Source: Parcubacteria group bacterium (GTDB lineage Bacteria; Patescibacteriota; Minisyncoccia; Phycocordibacterales; Phycocordibacteraceae). Taken from it: 64,000 nucleotides of DNA. Below, in pieces: positions 8,530-18,833 of the stretch. Position 1 is the stretch's first letter. Every line of letters begins with the position of its first letter. A model generated the notes under the pieces. The model was given only the letters and a program-made list of their open reading frames with translations, was not told the DNA's origin and did no database searches. The DNA lies in NCBI GenBank assembly GCA_028286615.1, contig JAQBRG010000003.1, positions 13,125 to 77,124 of the forward strand, in the 5' to 3' direction. The position numbers and the translations under genes were made by a program.

Positions 8530-9948
8530 TTAAATATCAAGGTCTAAAAGTTCGGTCAGACTGTTTATGCTTAAGTACCTTGACTCATCCAAGTCTGAGA
8601 TGTTTTGTACACGCCATGAATTAGGATTCCTAAAATGAATTCCTCTAAGACCAGCCTGAAGTGCTGGCTCTATATCTGAACGTAAACTATTTCCTACCAC
8701 TAAAAATTCACCAGAATCAAGATTAAAATCGTACCTCAATCGCCCAAGCGAGCTTACATCTTTAGATTTTACGACGCAAAGTGCATGAAAGTATTCGGCT
8801 AATCCAGAGCGAGCAATTTTCTCAAACTGAATTGACAGTGGTCCTTGTGTATAGAGAACAAGTCCATCACCACGTTTCCATAGCTTTGATAGCACTGCAA
8901 TTGCATCGGCAGTCAAGGTTTCTGGCTGACTCCTTAGAGTAGGGATGATTGATTCAAATAACTCCGTGGGTCTGGGAATCAACTTTCCAGAAAGAAGGAG
9001 ATTCGCATAAATAGTCTCTAGAGAAATCTTAAAACCAGGCGCGCCAAAACCGTGCTCAAGTATTACTTTTTCCTCCATATCGTCTATCATCTGACGAACT
9101 TCTTGCTCAGTTATTTCCTGTAGGTAAGGAAGACAGTGTTCAATAAAATCATCAACTATTTTCATGTAAGCAATGTTGTCCTCCCATAGAGTGTCGTCAC
9201 CATCAATTATCCATGTTCTTCGAAAAGTCCCATCTAACGAAGCTGTTTTACAAAAGTAGTAATCCCCTTCTTCTGGGAAGACCGCTGGAATCGTGTGCTT
9301 GCCCTCAGAAAATTTACTGTAAAGATATCCAAAATTCTGCGGCGTAATCTCGCCAAGTAATTGCTCTGCGTTAACTGAAAAACCTGCCTCCTCAAAAGCA
9401 GTCAGTTTCTTTGGGTTGTTGCTAAGGAGAGAGATTTTTTTAATATCCATGTCCTTAAGGATTTTAAAAGCGAGCGAATAGATTCTACCGTCAGTTTCAA
9501 AAGCAAGCTTTTCATAAGCGCCGTAAGTGCTCAGAGACTGTGACTGCATGGTGTACATTCCTAAGTATTTTGAAAAGATACCTGCTCCACGCCCTTCTTG
9601 AAATAAATGAATCAGTACTCCATTTTCTTGTCTCAAAATATCAATCGAACGCAGGAGCTGGCTGCGACAGTCGCAATCAAAGCTTCCTAGTATGTCGCTG
9701 TTAGCGCATGACGAATGAAGTCTTATTGGAACTACACGGGAAGTGTTTAAAAATTCAGGTTCATTGAAGATTACAACCAATGCAGTTTGTTCCTTATCAG
9801 TGTAAATACAGGAATACACGAGACCATTGCTGGTAAAATGTCTAACAAATGGAGTTTTCGTAGTCTCTTCGTCGACTTGTATCGTCGGATCGTAGAGAGC
9901 GTTGTTTATTTGCTCTGTCCCAATATTAGTTTTTCGTGCCGATGTCAT
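8530..9948 (-). CDS. fusion protein: N-terminal GTP cyclohydrolase II (RibA)-like domain plus C-terminal HAD-superfamily hydrolase domain
   Basis: The RibA zinc site is present as RLHSSCANSDILGSFDCDCRSQL, with QEGRGAGI and LSNNPKKL (compare E. coli RVHSEC..CDCG, RQEGRNIGL, LTNNPKK). The C-terminal half carries HAD motif I, IIDGDDTLWED. Confidence 0.75.
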   Translation of the reverse strand: MTSARKTNIGTEQINNALYDPTIQVDEETTKTPFVRHFTSNGLVYSCIYTDKEQTALVVIFNEPEFLNTSRVVPIRLHSSCANSDILGSFDCDCRSQLLRSIDILRQENGVLIHLFQEGRGAGIFSKYLGMYTMQSQSLSTYGAYEKLAFETDGRIYSLAFKILKDMDIKKISLLSNNPKKLTAFEEAGFSVNAEQLLGEITPQNFGYLYSKFSEGKHTIPAVFPEEGDYYFCKTASLDGTFRRTWIIDGDDTLWEDNIAYMKIVDDFIEHCLPYLQEITEQEVRQMIDDMEEKVILEHGFGAPGFKISLETIYANLLLSGKLIPRPTELFESIIPTLRSQPETLTADAIAVLSKLWKRGDGLVLYTQGPLSIQFEKIARSGLAEYFHALCVVKSKDVSSLGRLRYDFNLDSGEFLVVGNSLRSDIEPALQAGLRGIHFRNPNSWRVQNISDLDESRYLSINSLTELLDLDI

Positions 9949-9965
9949 AAGTCTGAGTATAACTT

Positions 9966-12752
9966 TTATATCTCGTCTTTTATTAAGCTAAACCGAATGT
10001 TTCCTGTAGAAATTTCCGCAGTATGCACTCCATCAATAGACTTCTCCACTCTAATTCTATCTTTTGTTGAAAATCCTTCCTGTTTACGTGCTTCTGCAAC
10101 TGCGCGCATGAGAGCTCGCTCATCGCCCTCTGCAACAAGCTCCGGAGTGAGTTCAGTATCAAGTGCAAGTTTGTCAGAGTTTTGTACAACATTCTTAACA
10201 TTCACTTCTTCTGCGAGTATGGAGATAAGTTCATTAGAAATCTCACCGGGAATAAAAAGCTGTGCAAGCGGTTGTCGAACAACGATACCTGCTTTTTGTC
10301 GTAACATAAGTACCTCACTTGCCAGAGAGCGCACTCGAGACATCTCTGTTATTAGTAGCACGTCCTTTTTTTCAGACTTATCCCAAACAGAGTCAAGGGG
10401 CCACATCGAAAGATGTACACTTTCGGGATCATCAACGGTTTTCACGTTTTGATAGATCTCCTCAGCAATAAATGGTGCTGCAGGCGCCATAAGTATAGCT
10501 AGGGTATGTAGTGTGTATCGAAGTGTTGCAAGCGCAGCTGCCTTGTCTTCGCCATCGTCTTTAAAACGATCACGCGAACGACGTGTATACCATGCGGATA
10601 AATCATCAATTAAAAGTCCGAGTGGGCGTGTGGCCGCATGGAGTTCATAACGTTCGTACGCCCCAGTCACACCCTTCATGAGTTCGTTAATGCGTGCAAG
10701 TATCCAACGATCAAGAGGGTGAACGCTATTCGCGTGAGGCAAAGTTTTATTTTTATAAAGCTCATAAAACGTAAGCACGTTTCTTAAGCGTCCAATACTC
10801 TTCTTTGCCACCTCCTCCACTCCGCTCTCAGAAAATGCCAGATCCTCTGCCTGTACTACAGTTGAGGAAAGTAAATAAAGCCGAAGTGCATCGGCGCCAT
10901 ACTTTTCAACCATATCCATAGGGTCGGGATAATTTTGAAGACGCTTTGACATCTTCTTTCCGTCTTCCGCAAGTACGATTCCGTTCACAATAACGTTCTT
11001 AAATGCCGGCTTTCCAAATAAGCCACCTGATAGTACATGTAGATAATAAAACCAAGCACGAGTCTGGTCAGTACCTTCGGCGATAAATTGTGCTGGAAAT
11101 ACTGCGTCAAATTCGTCTTTGTTTTCAAAGGGATAGTGACGAGAAGCGTACGGCATGGATCCAGAGTCAAACCAGGTGTCCAAAACATCTGGTACTCGTT
11201 GCATAATGCCCCCACAGCTACAGGGTACTTTAATCTCATCTACGATATGCTTATGTAGATCACTCACTACCATGCCGCTCGCTGTCTCAAGTTCGCCGGC
11301 ACTGCCAAAGACACGTTTTTCTTTACAGGTATTACATATCCAAATAGGAATAACGCTAGCCCAAAAGCGCTGACGAGAAATGGACCAGTCCCGGGCATTT
11401 TCAAGCCATTTGCCAAAACGACCCTCCTTTATGTGTGCAGGCGACCAATTAATTTCCTTTGCGTTGTCTAATAGATTTTCCTTTAGCTTTACCACTGAAA
11501 TAAACCAGGATGAAGTAGCATAATTAAGAAGTGGTGTATCACAGCGCCAACAGTGAGGATACGCATGCATAATATTCTCTTTTGAGAAGAATAAATTATG
11601 CTCTTGAAGATATTTAAGAATAGCGATATCAGTACCAAGTCTAGTTTTGCTATCGTCAGACTTTGGGCGCACCTCCATTCCTGCGAAATCAACAACTTCT
11701 TCTTTCATTGTGCCATCAAAATTCACATGCTGTACGAAAGGTAGGTTCTCTTGCTTAAGAAGCTCCCAATCCTCAGCACCAAAGGCAGGTGCTTCATGCG
11801 CAATAGCTGTTCCGCTGTCTTCAGTTATAAAATCTGCAGCGTATACTTTCCAACCGTTCTCTCGGTTCTTCAAGTCTTGATCTTTATAGTAGTAGTCAAA
11901 AAGTGGCTTATATTTTTTGCCAACGAGTTCGCTGCCATGAAATAATCTTGACGGTGCGCCGAGGCCCAGAGTGATAGCCTGCTGAGCTCCTACAATTATA
12001 TTTTCACCATCTTTTTCATATAGACCATATTCAATATCATTTCCGACAGCAAGCGCGACATTCCCTGGCAAAGTCCATGGTGTCGTTGTCCAAGCGAGAA
12101 AATATGTACCCGGCTCGTCGACAGATTCAAACTTTACTGTAACTGCGATATCCTTAACGTCTTTGTATCCTTCTGCAACTTCTGTCTGTGCCAGAGTTGT
12201 CTCGCAACGAGGGCAAATATGCATGGAGCGATAGTCCTCATACACCAAACCTTTGTCATATATCTCTTTAAAAACCCACCACACGCTCTCCATGAATGAT
12301 TTATCCATGGTGCGATAAGCGTTTTTCATATCCACGAAACGTCCAATACGAGGAATTATCTTCTCCCACTCTTGAGCGTATGATAATACTCGCTCGCGGC
12401 AAAGTTCGTTAAATTTTGCAACACCAAATTCTTTTATGTCTCGTTTATGCTTGAAACCCAGCTCTTTCTCAACAATATTTTCTATTGGTAGTCCGTGACA
12501 ATCCCAACCCCAAATACGTGGCACATGGTATCCGCGCATAGTGAAATAACGCGGAATAGCGTCTTTAATTACACTCGCAACAATGTGGCCATAATGCGGC
12601 AAACCAGTCGCAAAAGGCGGACCATCATAAAAAATGAAATCACCTGAAGGCGCCGGTTTCTCAAGCGTTTTCTCAAAGATACGGTTCTTATTCCAAAAGT
12701 GCAGCACTACCTCTTCCCGCTTGGCGGTGTCGGTTTTTTTTGGATTCATCAT
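9966..12752 (-). CDS. ileS: isoleucyl-tRNA synthetase
   Basis: HIGH motif (PHYGHI), KMSKS (KMSKRL), the WCISRQR-like motif and an editing domain are present; 928 aa. Confidence 0.95.
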   Translation of the reverse strand: MMNPKKTDTAKREEVVLHFWNKNRIFEKTLEKPAPSGDFIFYDGPPFATGLPHYGHIVASVIKDAIPRYFTMRGYHVPRIWGWDCHGLPIENIVEKELGFKHKRDIKEFGVAKFNELCRERVLSYAQEWEKIIPRIGRFVDMKNAYRTMDKSFMESVWWVFKEIYDKGLVYEDYRSMHICPRCETTLAQTEVAEGYKDVKDIAVTVKFESVDEPGTYFLAWTTTPWTLPGNVALAVGNDIEYGLYEKDGENIIVGAQQAITLGLGAPSRLFHGSELVGKKYKPLFDYYYKDQDLKNRENGWKVYAADFITEDSGTAIAHEAPAFGAEDWELLKQENLPFVQHVNFDGTMKEEVVDFAGMEVRPKSDDSKTRLGTDIAILKYLQEHNLFFSKENIMHAYPHCWRCDTPLLNYATSSWFISVVKLKENLLDNAKEINWSPAHIKEGRFGKWLENARDWSISRQRFWASVIPIWICNTCKEKRVFGSAGELETASGMVVSDLHKHIVDEIKVPCSCGGIMQRVPDVLDTWFDSGSMPYASRHYPFENKDEFDAVFPAQFIAEGTDQTRAWFYYLHVLSGGLFGKPAFKNVIVNGIVLAEDGKKMSKRLQNYPDPMDMVEKYGADALRLYLLSSTVVQAEDLAFSESGVEEVAKKSIGRLRNVLTFYELYKNKTLPHANSVHPLDRWILARINELMKGVTGAYERYELHAATRPLGLLIDDLSAWYTRRSRDRFKDDGEDKAAALATLRYTLHTLAILMAPAAPFIAEEIYQNVKTVDDPESVHLSMWPLDSVWDKSEKKDVLLITEMSRVRSLASEVLMLRQKAGIVVRQPLAQLFIPGEISNELISILAEEVNVKNVVQNSDKLALDTELTPELVAEGDERALMRAVAEARKQEGFSTKDRIRVEKSIDGVHTAEISTGNIRFSLIKDEI

Positions 12753-13597
12753 ACGTTCAAATTATTCTCTGAGAATCCACAGCACAAATTACCTTTCTCT
12801 AGAGGTAATCCATTAAACCAAAGACGATGCATTTTCCTACCACTACCTGCCTCAAAAGCAGTTCTTGCATGTAAGACTGTTAAATTGTCTGTAATTAACA
12901 CTTGCTTTGATTTAAGATTAAAACTTACTAAATTTCTCTTGTCAGATAAGAAATTAGCCAATAAGTGAAATCCTTTTTGTATATCTTTATTCTCAGAAGC
13001 GGACGCAGCATCATCTGTCCGATATCGAATCGCTACCCGATTTTCTGAAAACTTTTTAAATACTGCTCCTGAGAAAGACTTGCCTGCACGAGTGATCGAA
13101 AGCGCATTTTCTTTATAAAGAGCCGCTAGAGCTTCTTTGTCACTAGACATTAGCAATTCGTGAAGTTTTTTTCCACTCGCAAGTTGAGTTATTCCGCCGC
13201 TCTCCGCGGGTGTCTGACACCTTAGAGCGACAATCCTTGGTGGATTTTCATCATACGAACCATCTGTGTGAAAGGTGTAAGCTCGTGATGAAATACCGGG
13301 ATATGGTGAAGTTTCATCAATTACAGCTACTTCCGCAATGCCTTGAACATCAGACCGGTCATGGCTCATTATTTCTCCAAAAATCTCTTTAAAACACAGT
13401 AGTTGTTCGTGTGGGGGCTCATTTTCCTCAAATTCAACAATAACTACTCCGTATGTATTTAATAGTTGGCAAATTTGCGAAGTAAAAGACAGGATTTCTC
13501 TAGAAGAAGGTACTGTAACAAGTAAGGCTTCAGGCGCAAGCTCTGAATCGAAGGCTTGTTTTGGCTGGTCTTCACATGTTTGGGAAAGCAAATCCAT
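12749..13597 (-). CDS. TauD/TfdA-family Fe(II)/2-oxoglutarate-dependent dioxygenase
   Basis: The H-x-D iron motif in FHTDGSY is present, with a later His and Arg (VLHARTAF), about 280 aa. Its stop overlaps the ileS start. Confidence 0.65.
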   Translation of the reverse strand: MDLLSQTCEDQPKQAFDSELAPEALLVTVPSSREILSFTSQICQLLNTYGVVIVEFEENEPPHEQLLCFKEIFGEIMSHDRSDVQGIAEVAVIDETSPYPGISSRAYTFHTDGSYDENPPRIVALRCQTPAESGGITQLASGKKLHELLMSSDKEALAALYKENALSITRAGKSFSGAVFKKFSENRVAIRYRTDDAASASENKDIQKGFHLLANFLSDKRNLVSFNLKSKQVLITDNLTVLHARTAFEAGSGRKMHRLWFNGLPLEKGNLCCGFSENNLNV

Positions 13598-13632
13598 ATT
13601 GTTTAACTAAAAATCAATTTCCTTTGAATACA

Positions 13633-14394
13633 CTAAATTTTACTCCAGGAAATAATATCCCCAACCTTAATGTTAAGTTTTTTAGCTCCTAAGTCTCGTG
13701 CCTGCCCTAGTTCAAATAACCCAAATGAACTACCAGTAAAAAATGCCCAAGCACCTGTCTCTAGAGACATCATGCGCTGTTCATAAACAGCTACAAACTT
13801 ATTGTTATTAATTACAACCTGGTAAGAATCTCCAGGTGATGCATCACCTAAGTCACCAACAAATTTCATCATTCCAAAATTATCAATATGCACAATAGTA
13901 CCAACTGCTAAATCGAGCCTTACGATGCCGCTAGGATCGATTGCTTCACCAAGCTCTGAGAGTGGTGTTCCTAGCGCCGCAGCAGCCGCAACTTTTGCAG
14001 TAACATATTTCCCAGCGAATGATACGAACTCACCGGCATTATACTTTGTAAGATCATAAAGTTCTGCACATCCAAAATCTCGTGTCAACCAATCAAAACT
14101 ACCCATATTTCTACCGATAAAGACAATGTTACGGTCCTTAGTTCGACCGACAACATTCATCGGCCTAACTTTTTCAGCATTTATAGTTGTCATTAAGACG
14201 CTATTTTCTGGATATGAGTCAGCCATAAGGCGAACAGCAAAGTTGGTATTTATAACTGAGAATTCTGGAGAAATGGGCGTAATTGGGGGTACTACTACAT
14301 CTGGCATTTTCTCAACCTCACGTGCAAGGACTGCATAGAGTTCACTCGCAGCTATGTCGGTACAGTCAGTAATGTTTACGAGATATTTTTTCAC
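13633..14394 (-). CDS. DUF62 / SAM hydroxide adenosyltransferase (fluorinase/chlorinase-like) family protein
   Basis: The C-terminal-domain signature HIDNFGM (compare HIDxFGN) is present, with a terminal GSSFGLFELGQ...VGD region resembling GSSGLLEIAVNQG..GD. The N-terminal DFG-type motif is degenerate (TDCTD). Confidence 0.55.
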   Translation of the reverse strand: MKKYLVNITDCTDIAASELYAVLAREVEKMPDVVVPPITPISPEFSVINTNFAVRLMADSYPENSVLMTTINAEKVRPMNVVGRTKDRNIVFIGRNMGSFDWLTRDFGCAELYDLTKYNAGEFVSFAGKYVTAKVAAAAALGTPLSELGEAIDPSGIVRLDLAVGTIVHIDNFGMMKFVGDLGDASPGDSYQVVINNNKFVAVYEQRMMSLETGAWAFFTGSSFGLFELGQARDLGAKKLNIKVGDIISWSKI

Positions 14395-14491
14395 TTAAAT
14401 ATAATACCATTATTCGACAAACCCGCAATTCTCATTCATTACCCTAATGAAGGCAGCAACAAGCTTCTTTCAAACTGTGCGCCTGCATCAT

Positions 14492-16282
14492 CTAAGATGC
14501 ATCAGTCAAAAAACTTCCTGCTTGAATACTCCATAACTTGTGATACAAACCACTCTTGTCGTCCAAGAGTTCAGTATGAGTTCCCTCAGCAGCAATCTTT
14601 CCTCCTTCAATAACAACAATACGATCCATAGTCATGATGGTTGAGAGACGGTGAGCAATAACAATAACTGTCTTCCCTTCCATAAGAACCTTAAGCGCAT
14701 CTTGGATTAGATGTTCTGACTCGGAGTCGAGACTCGAGGTTGCTTCGTCGAGTACGAGTATTGATGCATCCTTAAGAATTGCACGGGCTATAGCCACGCG
14801 CTGGCGTTCTCCTCCTGAAAGCTTCACGCCTCGTTCCCCTACGTGAGTATCGTACCCAAGAGGAAGTGAGGTTATGAACTCGTGACAATGCGCCTTCTTT
14901 GCGGCAGCAATAATCTCTTCTTCGGTAGCATCTGCTTTTCCGTAACTAATGTTCTCCCGGAGAGTTCGGTGGAAGAGTGCGGGTTCTTGAGGCACGAACG
15001 CAATAGCTTTGCGTAGACTTTCCTGAGTAACCTTGGTTATGTCCTGCCCATCAATCTGTATTGTGCCGCTTGTAGCGTCATAGAGACGTAATAGCAACTT
15101 CGTAATGGTGGACTTCCCAGCTCCAGAAGGGCCAACGAGAGCAATCTTCTCTCCGCCCTTAATTGCAAGGTTGAAATTGGAGAGCACGGGACGTTCAGGA
15201 TCAAAGAAGAAAGAGATATCGTTAAATGCCACTACTCGTTCAGAAACCTTAAGTTCCTTAGCATTAGGTACGTCGAGAATTGCATGCGGTGTCTCAATGA
15301 TATCTATCATTTCTGAGGCATCTGCGAAGGCATCATATAGACGTCGCATATTGCTGCCGATATTCCAAAGGCGTTCTATAAGCGCGATGATGTAGACCTG
15401 TATCAATACAAAGTCCCCTATGGTTATGCGCCCTTGTTCCCAAAGATATACAGACCCAACCAATAGGCCGATCTCAACCGCAATAGCTAGAAGACCTTGG
15501 ATAGCATAATTCCAGGCATCAGCATTCCAAGCGCGCATAGTAGCTGCTCGCCACTTTCCTACAATTTCAGCAAAGAAAGCTTGCTCCCTACCCTCAGCAG
15601 CGAACTGCATAACGGCTGAATGGTTCCCAATAGCATCAGAAAGTACACCGGTCATGCGGCTGTCCTGAGCAGCTCTTTCTACTTTGTACTCATGGCGCCA
15701 ACGGGTCATGAATATCTGAAGCGTAATAAATAGAATGGTCCAGATTAGCAATCCGGTTCCCAAGATAGGGTTTCGTAAGAAGAGCACAACAATAACACCA
15801 ATAGCAAATAGTGCCGTAGGAAAGAAGTTTAAAAGAAAACTATCAAGTACCTGTTCAAAGGAACGGGCGTAACGCGTAACGCGGCGAGTAAGCGTTCCGG
15901 TAAAGTTCGAGATAAAGAAGTCATGTGCATGTCCAAGTAGATACCCGAACCCTCTATTTGAGAGATCTGCCATTACCCTACTCTCTACACCCATAACAGA
16001 AACCATCTGTATTCTGCGTCCAAGCCAGCCAATGAGCGACATAAGACCGTACCCAATCAGTATAAAGAGAAGTGCGTGCACAATTTCCCCAGACGGAGTT
16101 GATTGCGAGATAGTATTTATGAACTCGCGCATGAACAGAGGTGCAGTAATACCTGACCCCTCAAGAAGCAGTGTGCCAAAGATAATACTCCCTAAAATAT
16201 AGGGGTATTTAATTGCTGCAGCGTAATAATCCCGCAGAACGGGCCATATACGAGCTACTTTCTTTTCTTGATCCGGCGGCAT
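14492..16282 (-). CDS. ABC transporter, fused permease/ATPase (MsbA-like exporter)
   Basis: Six TM helices are followed by Walker A (GPSGAGKST), the ABC signature (LSGGERQR) and Walker B (ILVLDEATS). Confidence 0.9.
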   Translation of the reverse strand: MPPDQEKKVARIWPVLRDYYAAAIKYPYILGSIIFGTLLLEGSGITAPLFMREFINTISQSTPSGEIVHALLFILIGYGLMSLIGWLGRRIQMVSVMGVESRVMADLSNRGFGYLLGHAHDFFISNFTGTLTRRVTRYARSFEQVLDSFLLNFFPTALFAIGVIVVLFLRNPILGTGLLIWTILFITLQIFMTRWRHEYKVERAAQDSRMTGVLSDAIGNHSAVMQFAAEGREQAFFAEIVGKWRAATMRAWNADAWNYAIQGLLAIAVEIGLLVGSVYLWEQGRITIGDFVLIQVYIIALIERLWNIGSNMRRLYDAFADASEMIDIIETPHAILDVPNAKELKVSERVVAFNDISFFFDPERPVLSNFNLAIKGGEKIALVGPSGAGKSTITKLLLRLYDATSGTIQIDGQDITKVTQESLRKAIAFVPQEPALFHRTLRENISYGKADATEEEIIAAAKKAHCHEFITSLPLGYDTHVGERGVKLSGGERQRVAIARAILKDASILVLDEATSSLDSESEHLIQDALKVLMEGKTVIVIAHRLSTIMTMDRIVVIEGGKIAAEGTHTELLDDKSGLYHKLWSIQAGSFLTDAS

Positions 16283-16329
16283 AAGCGTACATTATATCAT
16301 GAGCGCTTCATATTGCCCAAAAACGTGTT

Positions 16330-16857
16330 CTAGTGAATGAAGAGGAAGAGTCCGATGAGAGGAGCAATAAACCACCAGAAGAAGTATCCCTGAGGAGCAA
16401 AGAAGGTATCAAGAGGAGCTGGGAATGTATATATATTGCTGATATCGAACACGTGGTATCCAAGGGCAAGAAGAAACGCTGCGGTTAAGAACGAGAGCAT
16501 AAAGCGGGGCACTACAGAAAGTACTCCAAACCCGCTTCCAACTAATCTTTGTACGAAAAGATACGGCGCAATAGTTGCAGCTGCATACAGGACGATACTA
16601 ATAACCGCTTTCATCATGGTTGAGCCTCCTGCGCTGATTATCTTTTCCGTAAATGGAAAGACTATATAGATTGCGTAGCCAACATAAAGGCCAACAATAA
16701 GAGAGATGATGCCGCCCCTCCCTCCCTTGTAGGAAAAGAGGATCATGACAATGGTAAGCACGAGAAGTACCAAGAAGTTCCCTATCCAAAGAGAGGCACT
16801 GGAGATGCCTGTAGTTGTAAGGTTACTTACCTGCTCAGCAACCGTATTGATGTCCAT
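16330..16857 (-). CDS. membrane protein, unknown function
   Basis: Four or five hydrophobic helices; no motif recognised. Confidence 0.45.
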   Translation of the reverse strand: MDINTVAEQVSNLTTTGISSASLWIGNFLVLLVLTIVMILFSYKGGRGGIISLIVGLYVGYAIYIVFPFTEKIISAGGSTMMKAVISIVLYAAATIAPYLFVQRLVGSGFGVLSVVPRFMLSFLTAAFLLALGYHVFDISNIYTFPAPLDTFFAPQGYFFWWFIAPLIGLFLFIH

Positions 16858-17209
16858 AGATACAGTATGCCGTACTTAAAAACCTGTGCACTACCCCATA
16901 TAGGGATAGCTCATATTCTACTTATCTAAAATAAGAAAGGCTCTTACTATTTTGAACTTGGAGATGTAACAGGTAAAGAGTCATCAGCTATACTTTCTCA
17001 AATTCGATTTATAGACTGTAAACGTTTGCATGAGAAAATCTGTTCACTCGATACTAAAACATTTAGGAGACTCGTTTCTGATCTTATCGAGGTTAATTTC
17101 AATGAGTATCAGTAGGTAAATGTTCTCCGCCCGCTCTTTCGAGCGGGCGGCAGGCCGAAGCCGTTGTTGAACTTTGACAGTATATCAATGCTAATTCTAG
17201 AGTCAAGAA

Positions 17210-18292
17210 TTAGAGACCCTCAGCCTTCAATTCCTCGATAACTTTCTTCGCCTTTCCGGATAACTTCTTAGGGAGTGCAATAGTAAGGCGAATAAGAAGA
17301 TCTCCCTGTACGTTATCTACAGAGACGCCTCTGTTGCGCAGACGGAGTGTTTCTTCGGTTGTGGTCATGGCAGGAATCTTAACCTCGAGCTTCTTGCCTT
17401 CAACGGTCTCAATAGTTGTCGTAGTGCCAGTAAGTGCATCGGTAAGCTTCAGCGGCATGTGCATGATGAGATTCATACCCTCCTTACGGAATACCGGATG
17501 CGGCTTTACGTGTACTTTGATGTAGAGATCTCCTGAAGTGCCTCCCTTAACCGCTTCACCCATTCCTGGCATACGCATCATTTCTCCCCCATCAATACCT
17601 GCAGGGACATCGATGTTGATTTCTTCTTCCTTCTTAAGGATTCCATGTCCAGCACACGTTACGCATCGCTCCTTTGGAATCTTGCCTGTACCCTCACATG
17701 TCGGGCAAGCTCGAACGCTTGTGAATGCGCCAAGTGGAGAGTTGCGTGTCTCGCGAACCTTTCCGTTTCCGTTACAGGTCTTGCACGTATCCATCTCAGT
17801 ACCAGGCTTTGCCCCGCTTCCATTACAGGTGTCACATTTCCCTACCTTGGTTATAAGCACTTGGCGCTTGGTGCCGAGTATCGATTCTTTGAACGAAATC
17901 TCAATATCTATAGAAATATCTCGTCCGCGCTTTACTCGTCCTCGGCCCGAGCCTCCGAAGATATCTCCAAAGCCTTGGAAGAGATCGTTGATATCAAACT
18001 CCATGTTTCCGTTCTGGAAGCCGTTGAAGTCAAAACCTCCGAAGCCAGCAGCTCCGGCTCCTTGTCCCGCATTTCCCCCAAAGCTCTGTCCATACGAGTC
18101 ATACTCACGACGACGCTTGTCGTCATTCAAAATAGAATAGGCTTCAGTTATCTCCTTGAACTTAGCCTCATCCCCGCCTTTGTCGGGATGGTGCTTCTGA
18201 GCAAGCTTCCTGAAAGCTTTCTTTATATCGTCCTGAGTGGCTTTCTTGTCCACGCCGAGGATGTCGTAGTAGTTTTTAGCCATATCAATCAA
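17210..18292 (-). CDS. dnaJ: molecular chaperone DnaJ
   Basis: J-domain with HPD (YYDILGV..HHPDKGG), a Gly-rich linker, and four CxxCxGxG zinc-finger repeats. Confidence 0.95.
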   Translation of the reverse strand: MIDMAKNYYDILGVDKKATQDDIKKAFRKLAQKHHPDKGGDEAKFKEITEAYSILNDDKRRREYDSYGQSFGGNAGQGAGAAGFGGFDFNGFQNGNMEFDINDLFQGFGDIFGGSGRGRVKRGRDISIDIEISFKESILGTKRQVLITKVGKCDTCNGSGAKPGTEMDTCKTCNGNGKVRETRNSPLGAFTSVRACPTCEGTGKIPKERCVTCAGHGILKKEEEINIDVPAGIDGGEMMRMPGMGEAVKGGTSGDLYIKVHVKPHPVFRKEGMNLIMHMPLKLTDALTGTTTTIETVEGKKLEVKIPAMTTTEETLRLRNRGVSVDNVQGDLLIRLTIALPKKLSGKAKKVIEELKAEGL

Positions 18293-18349
18293 CTATACAC
18301 CTCAATATTTTATGCAGCAAAAGTATAGAAAGTGTGAAGAAAAAAGAGA

Positions 18350-18392
18350 AGAGCGATGTTTCATTTCTGAAGCATCGCTCTCTATCTTTTTT
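18350..18392 (-). terminator. bidirectional terminator-like hairpin between the 116-aa ORF and dnaJ
   Basis: agagcgaug ... caucgcucu, a 9-bp stem, with T-runs on both strands. Confidence 0.5.
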
Positions 18393-18406
18393 GAATCTCA
18401 GGGAGA

Positions 18407-18757
18407 CTAAGGCCCTGTTAGAAGTTTCATTGGCGGCGACGCTGGCAGCGACACCATGTCGTTTGCGGGCTGCGTGGATGAGCGAGCTCGAATATGCTTA
18501 CCCTCATCCTGTAGTTCTTTGATAACCCTCCTAATTTCGAAGTGGCTTGGAAACGTATAGAAGTGAGGGTCAGTGGATCCAAGGAAACACTGCAGCCTAA
18601 TCCAGAAGGGATGCCTCCTGTCAGCTCGAAGCTGCAACTCTCTCCGAACCTGCTCTGTAATCTGGCAAGTCCTGATTCTTTCACCGCGCCTTCTTTCTAG
18701 AATGGTGCGGACCAGTTTTTTAGTGCGTTGGTCTCGGTACCATTTGAAAAAGCCCAT
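18407..18757 (-). CDS. Arg-rich 116-aa hypothetical ORF occupying the dnaK-dnaJ spacer. It has terminator-like hairpins on both sides, so coding status is uncertain.
   Basis: The ORF lies between hairpin 18836..18859 (after dnaK) and hairpin 18350..18381 (before dnaJ). No motif recognised. Confidence 0.3.
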   Translation of the reverse strand: MGFFKWYRDQRTKKLVRTILERRRGERIRTCQITEQVRRELQLRADRRHPFWIRLQCFLGSTDPHFYTFPSHFEIRRVIKELQDEGKHIRARSSTQPANDMVSLPASPPMKLLTGP

Positions 18758-18833
18758 TTTTTCCTCCCGGGAACTAGAGCCACTAAAATAGTACTCCTAG
18801 TCTAGATTTTGGCTAGGGTGAATGAGTGTAAAG

